Below, in pieces: positions 12,796 to 24,315 of a stretch of DNA of 64,000 bases; positions within the stretch are counted from its first letter, which is position 1, and each line of letters opens with the position of its first letter. Origin of the DNA: Felis catus (taxonomy: Eukaryota); contig NC_058368.1 in assembly GCF_018350175.1 (NCBI RefSeq), positions 30,382,001 to 30,446,000 of the forward strand, read 5' to 3'. A program made the position numbers and the translations under genes. The notes below the pieces were generated by a model. That model was not told where the DNA came from. It saw nothing but the letters and a program-made list of their open reading frames with translations, and searched no databases.

Positions 12796-14334
12796 AAGTC
12801 AGAGAGCCAACTCAAACAGCCTGAGCATGGAGACCTGAGCACGGAGCAGAAACAAGCCGGGCATGGAGGAAATGAGGAATGAGCAGGAGGGGCAACAGGC
12901 TGTGGAAGTGATCATGGGTAAATGATGGAGTCGTTTGGCTCTGGGTGCTAACTAGTAATGGTAACTGGGAACTAGTTGTAAGCTTTTCTAGATGCAGGGG
13001 GATGGCCCTGTACAGTTTAAAGAATGGAAGGGATATACTTTTCCTTACTTATGAGCTCTTCCTTCATATTGTCTTCTTGCTTTTTATATACACATTTCTT
13101 CCTCTAACTAGAGTGTTCAATCTTTGTAGTTGCTTGACAATTTTTACCGTCCGTACTGCCAGTCGTGTTACCAAACCTGCGCGGATGCCCTTTCGGGGCG
13201 GTGATTACACTCACAGTTTATTTCAGTGTTTGGGAAGGTCAGACGTTTTGGAGAGTCCTGAGTACATTCACAAACCCCTCAACTCAGTGAAGTTGCAATT
13301 GGACAGTCGAAGTCGCTTGTGGTTATTACGCTGTCAACAAACATGACCCACCCTGGGAGCCTCTCAAGAAGTGCCAAAATAGTTGTGAGTTGTTCCAGAT
13401 CTAAAGCGTGCCCTTTTATGATTAGGGGTCACTAGATGAGACTTGAATTCCAGCTGACCTTTTGTGTACCTCTCAGAGCAAGACGCACAGAGTTAGGGAG
13501 AGGAACTGTGGATTCTGATGAACCTGGCAGACACAGCCATTGCCTTTCCACTTAAATTTCCTAGGGACGCTGTGCATTTCATCTCCATACGGCATGCGCT
13601 GTGCTTCAGAGAATTTTAAACGAGCAGAGCAACTGTCGAGAAGTGAAAATGAACCCTAACCAAATTTGTCAACTTCTACAAAACTGAGACGTGACTGTAT
13701 AAGGCGGGGGGGTGATCCGTTCATAATAAAGAGCTGAGAGCACGCGTCTGGCATGGAACATTCCATGTGATTGATACTTGGATTGCTCTTTACTATTTAA
13801 AGAAGCAAAAATGCGCTTTGGAATTGGAAAGAAAGGTCTGTAATTCTGTGAGACAAGGCAGGCCAGGAGCGAGGCGTATGCGGGTGGCCTCGGGCAGGGT
13901 TTCTCAGGACTAAGAGAAGAGTCTCCAGGACTAGAGACCTGAGTTTAGTTATTAGACAGTGGCCCCAAGGCAGCACTGCCCCGGAGGAAAGCACTGATGT
14001 TCTCATCACACTCCATTACTCCTCAATGTTGCTAATGAGCCAAATTTCCAAAAGGGATTGCTCCCTTTAAATGCGCGTAGTTGTATACTCACCAAAATGA
14101 CCTGGAATTGTACCTACAAATGGATTGTATTTCAATCTCAACTGTCCAGGTAGCCGATCACTTGATCTTCATACTAGAGATGTAATGACTCATTGCTCCA
14201 ACGATAGTCTGCAACACGTGGGTCGGAGATGCTTTCAAATGATTGTGCTTACAAGTGTTCCCCAGAGATGTAGTTTTGGGAGGAAATAGTACAGTTCCAG
14301 TCACCAGGCACCTACTCTTCAGTTTTAAAATCGA

Positions 14335-14925
14335 TCAGCACTTATTGAACTGCTCCCATCTTCCAGGCACTATGCTGGATGCTGGGAATACAATGGTGAA
14401 CAAGGTGGAAAGGGGCCCTGCTTTCGTGGAACGGACTCCCTAGTGCGGACACAAAAACACACAAGCACACACATACGACAAAGACATACATAAATAAATG
14501 ATTGGAAAGTTGTATTTGAGGCCCGGGGTGGGGGGGCGGAAACAGGAAAGAGGTGAGGTTATAAAGTTGGCAGATAATCAAATAAAAAACCATAATGTTT
14601 GGCCTGCTTTACGCAATAAGAAAAGGCCTTGATGAAGGAGTGACTCTGTGATGAGATCTAAAATGAAACAAGGACTTAGTTTTAAAAATATTAGAAGGGG
14701 GCAGGTGAGAGCCCTGCAAGCAAGGTGACAGCTAGATGTGTTCCAAGAACCTGAATGGCCCAGAGCGTGCAGCGGGTGAAGGAAAGAATTATACGTGATG
14801 GACAGAGGGTCTGATCAGGCAGGGACTTTCAGCCATAGAAATACGTTTGGATTTAACCTAAATGCAGTACAAAGCCACTGAAAGTCTTTAAGTAGGGAGA
14901 TGTATGGTCAGACTTGTATTTTGCG
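14335..14925 (-). mobile_element. L2 LINE fragments
   Basis: 'ttattgaactgctcccatcttccaggcactatgctggatgctgggaatacaatggtgaacaag' and 'aagccactgaaagtctttaagtaggg'. Confidence 0.7.
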
Positions 14926-15555
14926 AAGCATGAGTATTTTTCTATGAATTTCCCAATATACCTGCTATATTGATATAACTTGGAGTCTTAACAAAACCAA
15001 TACTGTTCTAAGTTTACAAACTTCAAATATGTCTTCCGTTCATATTATTTACCTTTATGATATTTATTGAGTGTCTACAATATACAGCATAGTCACTATG
15101 GACACACAGAGAAGATAGAAGGTCATTAGTTAGGGTGGAAGAAAACCTTCACATATGTGATGCATACCCTCCCGGCCTGAAGTTCAAGACTCTAGGAGCT
15201 CAAGAGAAGCAAGTCCTTGCACCTGTGGGTCATGACGGCTGCTCTTGGGGAGGCTGCTCTATTTCCCCCTTCCTCCACCCCTGCCCCTCCCTGCCCCAGG
15301 GTTCTAGATCTGTCAGCATATGTTAATACTTCAGTGCTTTGGATGCACGGCTATATAAGCCCATACAAATATACACAGAAGTTATTATGTATTTTACTTT
15401 CTGCGTGTATGGTTAAAGGCAGGTAGGTTCCGAGTGATAAAGTTCAGACGATTATGTGAAAGCCAGCCCCAACTTTGAGGCTTGATCAAGCCATGAGACT
15501 CTTTGTAACAAACCAGTGCTTAACTTCACCACCAATGTTTAGAAATAGTATGGCA

Positions 15556-16010
15556 TCTCAATGTGGTTTTGATTTGTATTTCCCTGATGGTGAGTGATGT
15601 TGAGCATCTTTTCATGTGTCTTTTGGCCATCGATACCATATATTTTCACTCATATGTAGAACTTGAGAAACTTAACAGAAGACCATGGGGGAAGGGAAGG
15701 GGGAAAAATAGTTACAAACAGAGAGGGAAGGAGGCAAGCCGTAAGAGACTCTGAAACACAGAGAAAAAGCTGAGGGATGGAGGAGTGGGGGAGAGGGAAA
15801 AATGGGTGATGGGCATTGAGGAGGGCCCTTGTTGGGATGAGCACTGGGTGTTGTATGTAAGTGATGAACCGCGGGAATCTACCCCCCCCGAAACCAAGAG
15901 CACACATTTTGGCTAACCAAAATGTTAGCCAATTTGACAATAAATTATATTAAAAAAAAATAAACCGCGTGTTTGTAAAAGATGCAAAATAAATTAATTA
16001 ATTAAAAAAA
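15556..16010 (+). mobile_element. 5'-inverted, truncated carnivore/felid L1 with extra 3' sequence
   Basis: TSD agaaatag(t/c)atggca at 15541 and 16011; 15556-15630 is antisense ORF2; 15632-15960 is sense ORF2 end plus 3'UTR, similar to the L1 at 35907-36160. Confidence 0.9.
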
Positions 16011-17039
16011 AGAAATAGCATGGCAGAAGGGGTATCATCATAGACAGTGGTGGATATGGTGGAGTCAAAACTGTCCACATTAAAAATACTGAATTAGGTA
16101 GCACTAAGAAGTGAAACTACCAGCACATTTTTAAAGGGAATCGAGAAGAACATAGGTCTTACAGGGGATTTTTGCTGTTATTTCTGATGACTTAAAATCT
16201 CTTTCTGTTACGTCAACTAGAAAACAGCTTTCTGCAAAGCTAATGGATGGGTTTCCTGCTATCATAGAGCAAAACGTATGTGCCCAGAGCATAAAGACTT
16301 ATTTTCACCTTTATTCTTATCTTAGTAAAACAGTCCACTGACTGTATCAGCCTTCGTCTGGCTGAGGTTGAGGGCTGCTGTAGTAGGCATTAAAGCCGGT
16401 GAAAGGGAGAGGGGCACTGGAGATACTTAAACTGCCACCGGCATAAGCCATTATCTTCACCCTGTGAAAAATTGCCTGATTTCCTCTCTTGATAAAACTA
16501 GACATGAGTTTAAAAACATTACCTAGACACATAAACCTCAAATACCTAAGTCTTTACTCCTCTTCCTTTATCACTCGCCAGAGCCTTTGAGAATTGGGGG
16601 GTGGGGGGGAGGTAACTACTGGTAATGAAATGCACTTAGGGGAAAATGTAAGGTTTCATTTTTGACGCACAACTGATGGAACCATTATCTCTGGAGGGCT
16701 TATTCAATCAAGAGCCGGAGATGCTGAAGCAGAGTAAGAGTGGTGAAAAGGCTTTCACTGAGACATCAAAGCAAACTCTGCCAGGCAGGTCCTCTGTTGG
16801 CCCCCCTTCGCTCCGGCCCTGTTAGGGTCCGCCCTTCCATAGGACTACACGGCATTCTCTCTGCTGAGGGGACCATTCTCTGAGTGTCCCCTAAGTTTGA
16901 TCTGAATACCTTGGCAGAGCATTGATGCTGTCTCCTCTCTGTCCCCAAGCCACCTTCCCCGCGTGGTTCCCGGATCACTTCCTGTACACACACCCAGTGC
17001 TGTGCCATCCCAAACTCCCCACTGCTCAGCACACACTCT

Positions 17040-17320
17040 TGTGCCTGTCTCCTCCCGTGCCTTTGTTCCTGATGTTCTTATCGCATTTAAGGAGCCCTTT
17101 CAGATTTCACCTTTTTAAATGAAATCTCCATAACTCTATTCAGATCGTTACTGCCTATTTTCTGTCTCCATGCCCTGGTTTTGCATTTTGCTTCCATTCC
17201 CCAGTTTTAGCATTTCCATATTCCTCTCTTATTCTGGTTGTGTTTCTATCTTCTCTTCCCTTCAGACTGTGAATTCTCTGAGAATAATGAGTCATTTCAT
17301 ACTGTGTCTCTCTCTAAAAC
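17040..17320 (+). mobile_element. L2 LINE 3' fragment
   Basis: 'tcttcccttcagactgtgaattctctgag'. Confidence 0.5.
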
Positions 17321-17334
17321 TTGCACATCCAAAG

Positions 17335-17880
17335 GATATTTATTAAGTGCATTCTAATTGCATTCTTCTAGGTGCTGGGGGAAACAAATAGAACAAAACA
17401 CACATAGTCCCCATTCTCATGGAATTTATGCTCTGGTGGTGGGAGACTGACAATAAACAGGAAACACAGACAAACAAAATAATTACAAATTGTGATTCAA
17501 GTCATAAAGCAAACAGGATGCAGGATAAAACAGTCTCTGAGGAAGGGAGACATTTCATTGGGTGTGAGAGCAGGCTCCGTTGTAGTGGTGACCAGAGGGA
17601 TGCAAAATTGCCATTCTGGGGAGTGGCAGTGGGCAGGCCAAGTAGAACATTCTGGAGAATAGGACTGACAAAATCTGGAGGCAGGAAAATCTTGGCATAT
17701 TCTAGGAATGGTCTGAAGTTATTTTGTGATAAGGGGGAGAGAGGTAGGAGATAGACCTGGGCAGATGGCAGGAGCCAGACTACTCAGGACCAGGAGTGTG
17801 GGCTCTGTTTGAAATGCAGCAGAAAGCCACTGGAGGGTCTTAAGCAGGAATGTGATATTGTTTGATGTATATTTTTCAAA
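17335..17880 (-). mobile_element. L2 LINE fragment
   Basis: 'atatttattaagtgc', 'gtccccattctcatggaattta', 'aagccactggagggtcttaagcagg'. Confidence 0.7.
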
Positions 17881-18801
17881 GCTAGTATAGGTAGCCTTAT
17901 AAGACCAGGGCTTATTTAGTCTAAAGGAATATTAATGGTTATCATTTTCCCACTGGAAGCATTTGCAAGAACTCGGTCTGTAAGGGTAGAAAACCGCTGA
18001 AAAGAATACGTAATTCAAGTTGCTTGTGTTGGCCAGGTAGTGTTAATTGTCTCGTTTCTACTTATCTATGAACAACGTTTGCTAAACAAACTTCTAGTAT
18101 ACACAGAACATTGGGGAGTGGGGTGGTATGTGTTTGTGGGAATGTGGTACCCCTGTAATTGAATTCTCAGAACAAATATTTAAGAATTAGCACATTAACT
18201 TGTCCTCATAATTCAGATCTCTTCCTTTTACTTTATTTCTCTCCACATTTAGGGTTGCCCTTCATGACTGTGAGAAATCCGCCAATTGTTCTAAGCAAGA
18301 ATCCGCACATTTTAGGGAGTGATTCATTTACCTTTTAACAGGCTTTTTTTTTTTTTTTTTTTTTTTTTTGTGGTAGGTGAATCTTAAGTGTATTTCTGTA
18401 GAGCAGTAAAAAAGAGGGGCAGGAAATGTGATGCGAATATCAACTTTTAGACCCAAGAGGTAGAGAGGTGGAAGGACAGACTTTCTGTCTGAAGAGATTC
18501 CATGCTAATGCTCTTATAAAACTTCCCTGGTAATAATTCAACTTGGAATAATGCAGCAAGTTTTTATTGGTAGCCACCTATTTGTAGCTGAAAAGACTGG
18601 AAATAGTTTCACACAATGAAACCCAGCTATAAGGCAAACTGACATAAACCAAATGTTCCTGATAGATTCGCCTACTCTTCACAAACAGAATGGGTTCTGC
18701 AACAGCGGGAGTCTGGTCCATCTCTAATTTTATTCTCCTATTGGTGCTCAACCTTCCTAGATGGGAGGTGGGGTAAATGTTTCAATTAACTCGAACATAC
18801 A

Positions 18802-19017
18802 GGGGCGCCTGGGTGGCTCAGTCAGTTGAGCGTCCGACTTCGGCTCAGGTCATGATCTTACAGTTTGTGGATTTGAGCCCCGCACAGGATTCTCTGCTGA
18901 CAGCTCAGAGACTGGAGCCTGCTTCGGATTCTGCGTCTCCTTCTCTTTGCCCCTTCCTTGCTCATACTCTGTCTCTCTCTCAAACATAAATAGACGTTAA
19001 AAAAATTCTTAAAAACG
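18802..19017 (+). mobile_element. Can-SINE (SINEC_Fc type)
   Basis: 'ggggcgcctgggtggctcagtcagttgagcgtccgac'; TSD ttaact(c/t)gaaca. Confidence 0.95.
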
Positions 19018-19257
19018 TTAACTTGAACACATAACACTCTAGTTTGGGGTTCTAGGATCCAGGCCCACTGGGAGAAAGCAAACTGTTTAACAACTGTGAT
19101 GGGTAGTATACTTTACCATGCAGTTTCTAAACTTTTTGAAACTAGTTTGTGGAATGACAATAGCTGTAAGAGGTGAAATTATATATTTAAAAAAAAATAT
19201 ATATATAATTTATATTTACATTATTCATATATATTTTTTACTTTTTCACTGGAAGCA

Positions 19258-19352
19258 TTTGCAATATTATATGTTTGCAATATTATATATTTGCAATATT
19301 ATTTATTTGTAATATTATATACTTGTAATATATTTTTGTAATATTATATATA
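19258..19352. repeat. AT-rich ~16-bp minisatellite (TTTGCAATATTATATx), about 6 decaying copies
   Basis: Directly visible tandem units. Confidence 0.8.
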
Positions 19353-20368
19353 TATATTAATAGCCTTTAACTTTTTTATGAAGTAATCCAGTAAAATTGA
19401 CTTCTACCCAATCCCCACTATTCTCACTTTATTGGCAACATTTCATCTGTGGGTTGTTGTTGAGACATTTTTACTGTTTACCAGATGGGGTAAGATTTTA
19501 CATAACTTAAAACATCTGCTCGCATTGCAGTCCAATATGATCATCTATTTATATTTTTGAATTATATTATTCATTTCCTTTTAAATGATCATGAAACTGT
19601 TTTCAGAAGGACAAGTTTACATGATGTTTGCCAAAGACATTTAACTTTTCTCTTGCTTTTTTTCTTGTTTAACTGATATTAGGATAAGCCATATTGTGAG
19701 CTATGAATGTAGCGAAATATTTAAATGTATCTTCATTTTGGAAATATTTGATTTCATAATTACCTGTTGTTAATGCCACCTCTGCTTTCCTGCGTCCACC
19801 TGCATATAATAATTTCAATATAAATATAAAATGTAGAAAGCTATTTTCGATTGTGCTAGGCATCTGACGTAAAATAAAAGTTTGCAAAAAATACTGGGGA
19901 ATAATACTGATCCTGAAAGAATGGAAGAAGGAAAAGCTATGTAAAACAAAAATGGAAATGGACTTATTTACTAGGACTTTGAAGTAGCTAGTAATAAAAT
20001 TACTATTGTACAATATAAAAATAACTTTATATATATAATTGTCAAAGTTGGATATAGATGTTACTATTGTTGCTCCATAACACTCCAAATTGGATGTAGA
20101 TGTTACTGTTGTTCCCCCGTTTTATAGACAAGGAAACTAAAGCTCAAGGACATTTAGCAGCTTACTCAAGGTTACAGAAGTGAAATCACTGGGGCTCAGA
20201 CCACAGTCCCTACTAAATCCTTGGAAAGCCCAGTTAATAGCAAACACGTCTATGATTCTGAGAGATAAGATGACAACTTCTCTTTTATTTATTATTGCAG
20301 CATGGTTTACAGAGTCTGTTGCCCCCATAGGGTTAGATATCACCTTGGGGGTCACAGTGCATTGGCTG

Positions 20369-21031
20369 GTATAATGGGTCGAACGGTGTTCCTCCAAAAG
20401 ACATGGCAGGTACTAACCCCCAGTACCTGTGAATGTGGCCTTATTTGGAAATAGAGTCTTCGTAGATGTAATTCAGTTAAAGATCTCCAGATAAAGTCAT
20501 CCTGGCCCTAAATCCAATGACAAGAGGAAAACAAAGGGGCGCCTGGGTGGCTCAGTCGGTTAAGCGTCCGACTTCTGCTCAGGTTATGATCTTGTGGTTC
20601 GTGAGTTTGAGCCCCCTGTCCAGCTCTTTGCGGAGAGCTCAGAGCCTGGAGCCTGCTTCGGATTCTGTGTCTCCCTCTCTCTGTCCCTCCCCCGCGTGCA
20701 CTCTTTCTCTCTCTCTCTCAAAAATAAACATAAAACAATTAAAAAAAAAGAGGAAAACAAAGACACAGACACAGATCCAGGTAAAAATGAAGATAAAGTT
20801 TTGAGTTCTGTAGCTTCAAGTCAAGGCAAACCAAGAATTTCCATCAGATACCAAAAATTAGGAGACAAACATAGGATGTATTCTCTCTCAGAGCTTGTGG
20901 AAGGCACAAACTAGGCCAATACCTTGATTTTTTGCTTCTGGGCTCTAGAACTACAAAAGAATGAATTTTCGTTGTTTTAGGCCACAAAGCTTGTGTGACA
21001 TTTTTCATGACAACCTTAGGAGACTAAAATA
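20369..21031 (+). mobile_element. MaLR solo LTR (MLT1C-like) split by a Can-SINE
   Basis: 'cccagtacctgtgaatgtggccttatttggaaatagagtctt' and end 'gacaaccttaggagactaaaata'. Confidence 0.8.
20536..20747 (+). mobile_element. Can-SINE (SINEC_Fc type)
   Basis: Perfect TSD aagaggaaaacaaa at 20522 and 20748. Confidence 0.95.
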
Positions 21032-21097
21032 CCTGGTTGTCTTCTATAATCTATACAAAGAATAATATTTAAAAGCCATAATTTTGGCCACACTTAA

Positions 21098-21293
21098 TTT
21101 TATTTTTTTAGAGAGAGAGAGAACTGTTGTAGGGATATGGGGGTGGGGGACAGAGAGAGAGACAGACAGTGTTTTAAGCAGGCTCCCCATTCAGCGAGGA
21201 GCCTGAAGTATGGCTCGATTCTGTGACCCTGGGCTCATGACCTGAACTGAAATCGAGTCGGACTCCTAGTTGACTGAGCCTCCCAGACAGCCC
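21098..21293 (-). mobile_element. Can-SINE (diverged)
   Basis: 'ctcatgacctgaactgaaatc...gactgagcctcccag'. Confidence 0.85.
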
Positions 21294-23049
21294 AAGATTT
21301 CTTTTTTTTTAATATATAGAAAACAAAATAAAATGGCAAGGTGACTAGAAATGCCAAGAGAAAAAGCATTAGGAAAGCAAACGTTCGTGGAAGCCAATGA
21401 ACCTTCTTCTTCAGTGCCTAGGTTTCCTGGCCCTGGGCTGCCTGTCTTCCCCTGCCTGCAGTTTCACAGACAGGGTAGTGTGACTCAGGGGGTGGCAATT
21501 CTAGGATATCCGCTAGTTAATTATGTCACTCTGGAAAAGTCACTTAACTTCTCAGAGCCTCATCTATAAGATCAGTGTGGTGGGGCCATCGGCCGTCGTG
21601 AACTTGGATGGTTCACATTCTCACCTGAGGCCTGCTAGCTCATTGCTACTGTTTCCTCAGGAGCGGAACCCAGCTTGGCAGAATCAAGGCACCTGTGTGC
21701 AGGTCTCAACCCCCCCCCGCCCCCCCCCCCCCCCATCGCCAGGTTGCTAGCCGTCAGCTTCTTTTCTAGACAATAATGGTCATTGTGTTTATTGGTGGGT
21801 TAAATAAGAAAATACATGTGAACCGTATTTTTTTCACAGAGTAGGTGCTCAATAATGATTTTTCTTATGTCGTTAACCTTTACCTTTTGTTTCCAATGGT
21901 TAAGGCCGGTTCATCATCACGTTAACTCAGTCTTGAAGGCCTTTCTAGGGACTGACAAGCAGGTGTCCTCATGTCTTTTTAAAAAATTCCCATTATTTTT
22001 TTGTTTCAGTTTTCATCCTTGGCTCTGTGTTCTATGTATCACCAGCAGACAAGGAGATGTGTCTTGAATGCTGTTTAATTTGTGTTAAGAGGATAGGTTG
22101 AAAATAAGTTTTTTGTTTCCGACTATGCTCTCATCACACCTCCATAAACCCACATCCCGGGAATTTGAAAATCTCTATACTAATATTCTAACCATGACTC
22201 ACTGGAAATGGTGCTCTGCCATTGTCTGGCAAATACAAATGATTGACATTTCTAATGGATTTTGGAAGAGGGCTTTTTAAATGAGACAATCTTCTGTATA
22301 TGACTTAAAAGCACCTAGAACCACCCACTGGCATAAATTCAGGCCTGCCTCAGAGTGATACTGTGTAACAAAGCAGGGACTCAGGATGATAAAGCATAAT
22401 ACACCCTTAAAAGTCTGGATGAACTATGAAGTTTATTCTCTGTTGCTTTTTTTTTTTTCCAGTAGAAAGAAATATATTTCAGAAACCAGTGAATTTTGAA
22501 ACAGCAAAGATTTGTTACATTTTTCAGACTAGGTCGGATAGTCAAGTGCATGGTCCGGAGCAGCACTTAGGAAACCCTATTTCCTCTTCTTTCTGTTTCC
22601 ATCAGGCACTGCGAATTGCTCCACAGCTCCCAGACTTACCTCAGCTCCCAAGTCACGGTCCTTTCTCTGCCTCCCCCACTGTTCCCTTACAACGCACACT
22701 GACCTGTCCCAGCTTTAGCTACAGGAGCTCTGTCCTGTTGATGGGCAGGGAGCAGCGACAGGGTTGGCCGGACAATGCCCAGGATTCTCTTGCTTGAGCT
22801 GGGGCAAAGGCAATGAAGTGTATGTAAAAAGTACTTTTTAGACCTGTCACAACAGTAAGTTTATAATTATGAACTTGTAACTTCAATGTACTTCCAGATA
22901 TATTATCACATTTCCTCTTAAAAAGATTTCATTAGATACTCATAATACATGACTACTTTGGGGAGGCTAGCTGACTTGGTTGAGTATAGAGGTAAAAGTT
23001 GAATCTGGTCTGGGTCTTGTAACTCCTAGTACCATGTCTCTCTCAACTA

Positions 23050-23050
23050 A

Positions 23051-23108
<58 letters not shown>

Positions 23109-23220
23109 CTTTCTCTTTCTTTCTCTCTTTCCTCCTTTCTTTCTATCTATATATCTATTGTCTATCTATCTATGATATATCTATTATCTATCCACCCATG
23201 CATCTAATCATCTATATATC
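23050..23220. repeat. Compound (CTTT)n-(TATC)n microsatellite
   Basis: Directly visible. Confidence 0.95.
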
Positions 23221-23784
23221 TTCATCCTTCCATCTAGTCTCATTGCTTTACTGTAGTCATACTTGAATGGGTGTAACTCATGCTCTGAGAGCAGAATGCA
23301 GGAGGCAATAGCCATAAATGGTTGGCATCATCCCAACTGCCTAGTGCTCTGTGGTGTGTGCCAATCCTTCTGGTCTACCACCACTGAAGCTTCCAACACT
23401 GTCTAAAGTGTCATAACAACCAAAGGTAAACTATCAGAACAGAGGACCAAAAGGGGAGAGATACAGGCAATGAGACAATTTTATGGGGTGGCTGCTATAA
23501 AATTTTAATATCACTTATTCTTAATTCCACCTTTCCTGAGTAATGTGTCTGTTCAAAATGTAATGCGATAAAAATAAAATGAAATAATTACTTTCCTAGT
23601 CTATAAGTGGAAATCAAAAGTCAGTGGAGAGGCAGCTTTTCAAAGTCAAAACCCATTCAAAATATGAAAAAAAATTGTGTCAGTTTGTTGCTATTCATGA
23701 ATTATTCTATTCAACAAACCTTGGGATGGGAAATGGCAGAGATTTAATATCATAAAGCCTTCTTGAAAGGCCAGCAGGGTATGA

Positions 23785-23972
23785 TTTTTTTTTCAAGTTC
23801 ATTTATTTATTTTGAGAGAAAGAGAAAGAAGGAGAGAGAGAATCCCAACCAGGTTCCATGTTGTCAGCATGGAGCCCAACACGGGGACTCGATCTCATGA
23901 ATTGTGAAATCGTGACCTGAGCCAAGATCAAGAGTCGTATGCTCAACCAACTGAGCCCCCCCCAGGCGCCCC
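23785..23972 (-). mobile_element. Can-SINE
   Basis: Reverse SINEC body; TSD ccagcagggt(a/c)tgatt. Confidence 0.95.
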
Positions 23973-24106
23973 CCAGCAGGGTCTGATTCTTATTCTGTGC
24001 TCATTGTAATCCTCATCCCAGTTATCATGGTAAAAATTTTTATTTTCAAAACACATGCTTTTTTAAACATGAATTAAATAAAATCAGTAAGATTCCTTTC
24101 TTAGTT

Positions 24107-24315
24107 TAGAGGCCACAAACTTAGGCTTTGTGGGCCATGTGGTCTCTGTCACAATGGTGTACCTCCGCCTTCGCAGCTTGAAAGCAACAATGGGCATAAA
24201 TGAATAGGTGTGACTATGCTCCAAACAACTTCATTAAAAACACACACACACACACACACAAACAAAAACAGGTAGTGGATGGATTTCACTTGCAGGCTGT
24301 AGTTTGCTGACCCCT
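24107..24315. mobile_element. MER58A-like hAT MITE with an internal (CA)n
   Basis: 'ttaggctttgtgggccatgtggtctctgtcacaa' and end 'gctgtagtttgctgacccct'. Confidence 0.8.

Noticed and set aside
16347..16480. Minus-strand acceptor followed by a short open frame (..MAYAGGSLSISSAPLPFTGFNAYYSSPQPQPDEG*)
   Set aside because: Short pyrimidine tract, no recognisable protein, no supporting partner exon
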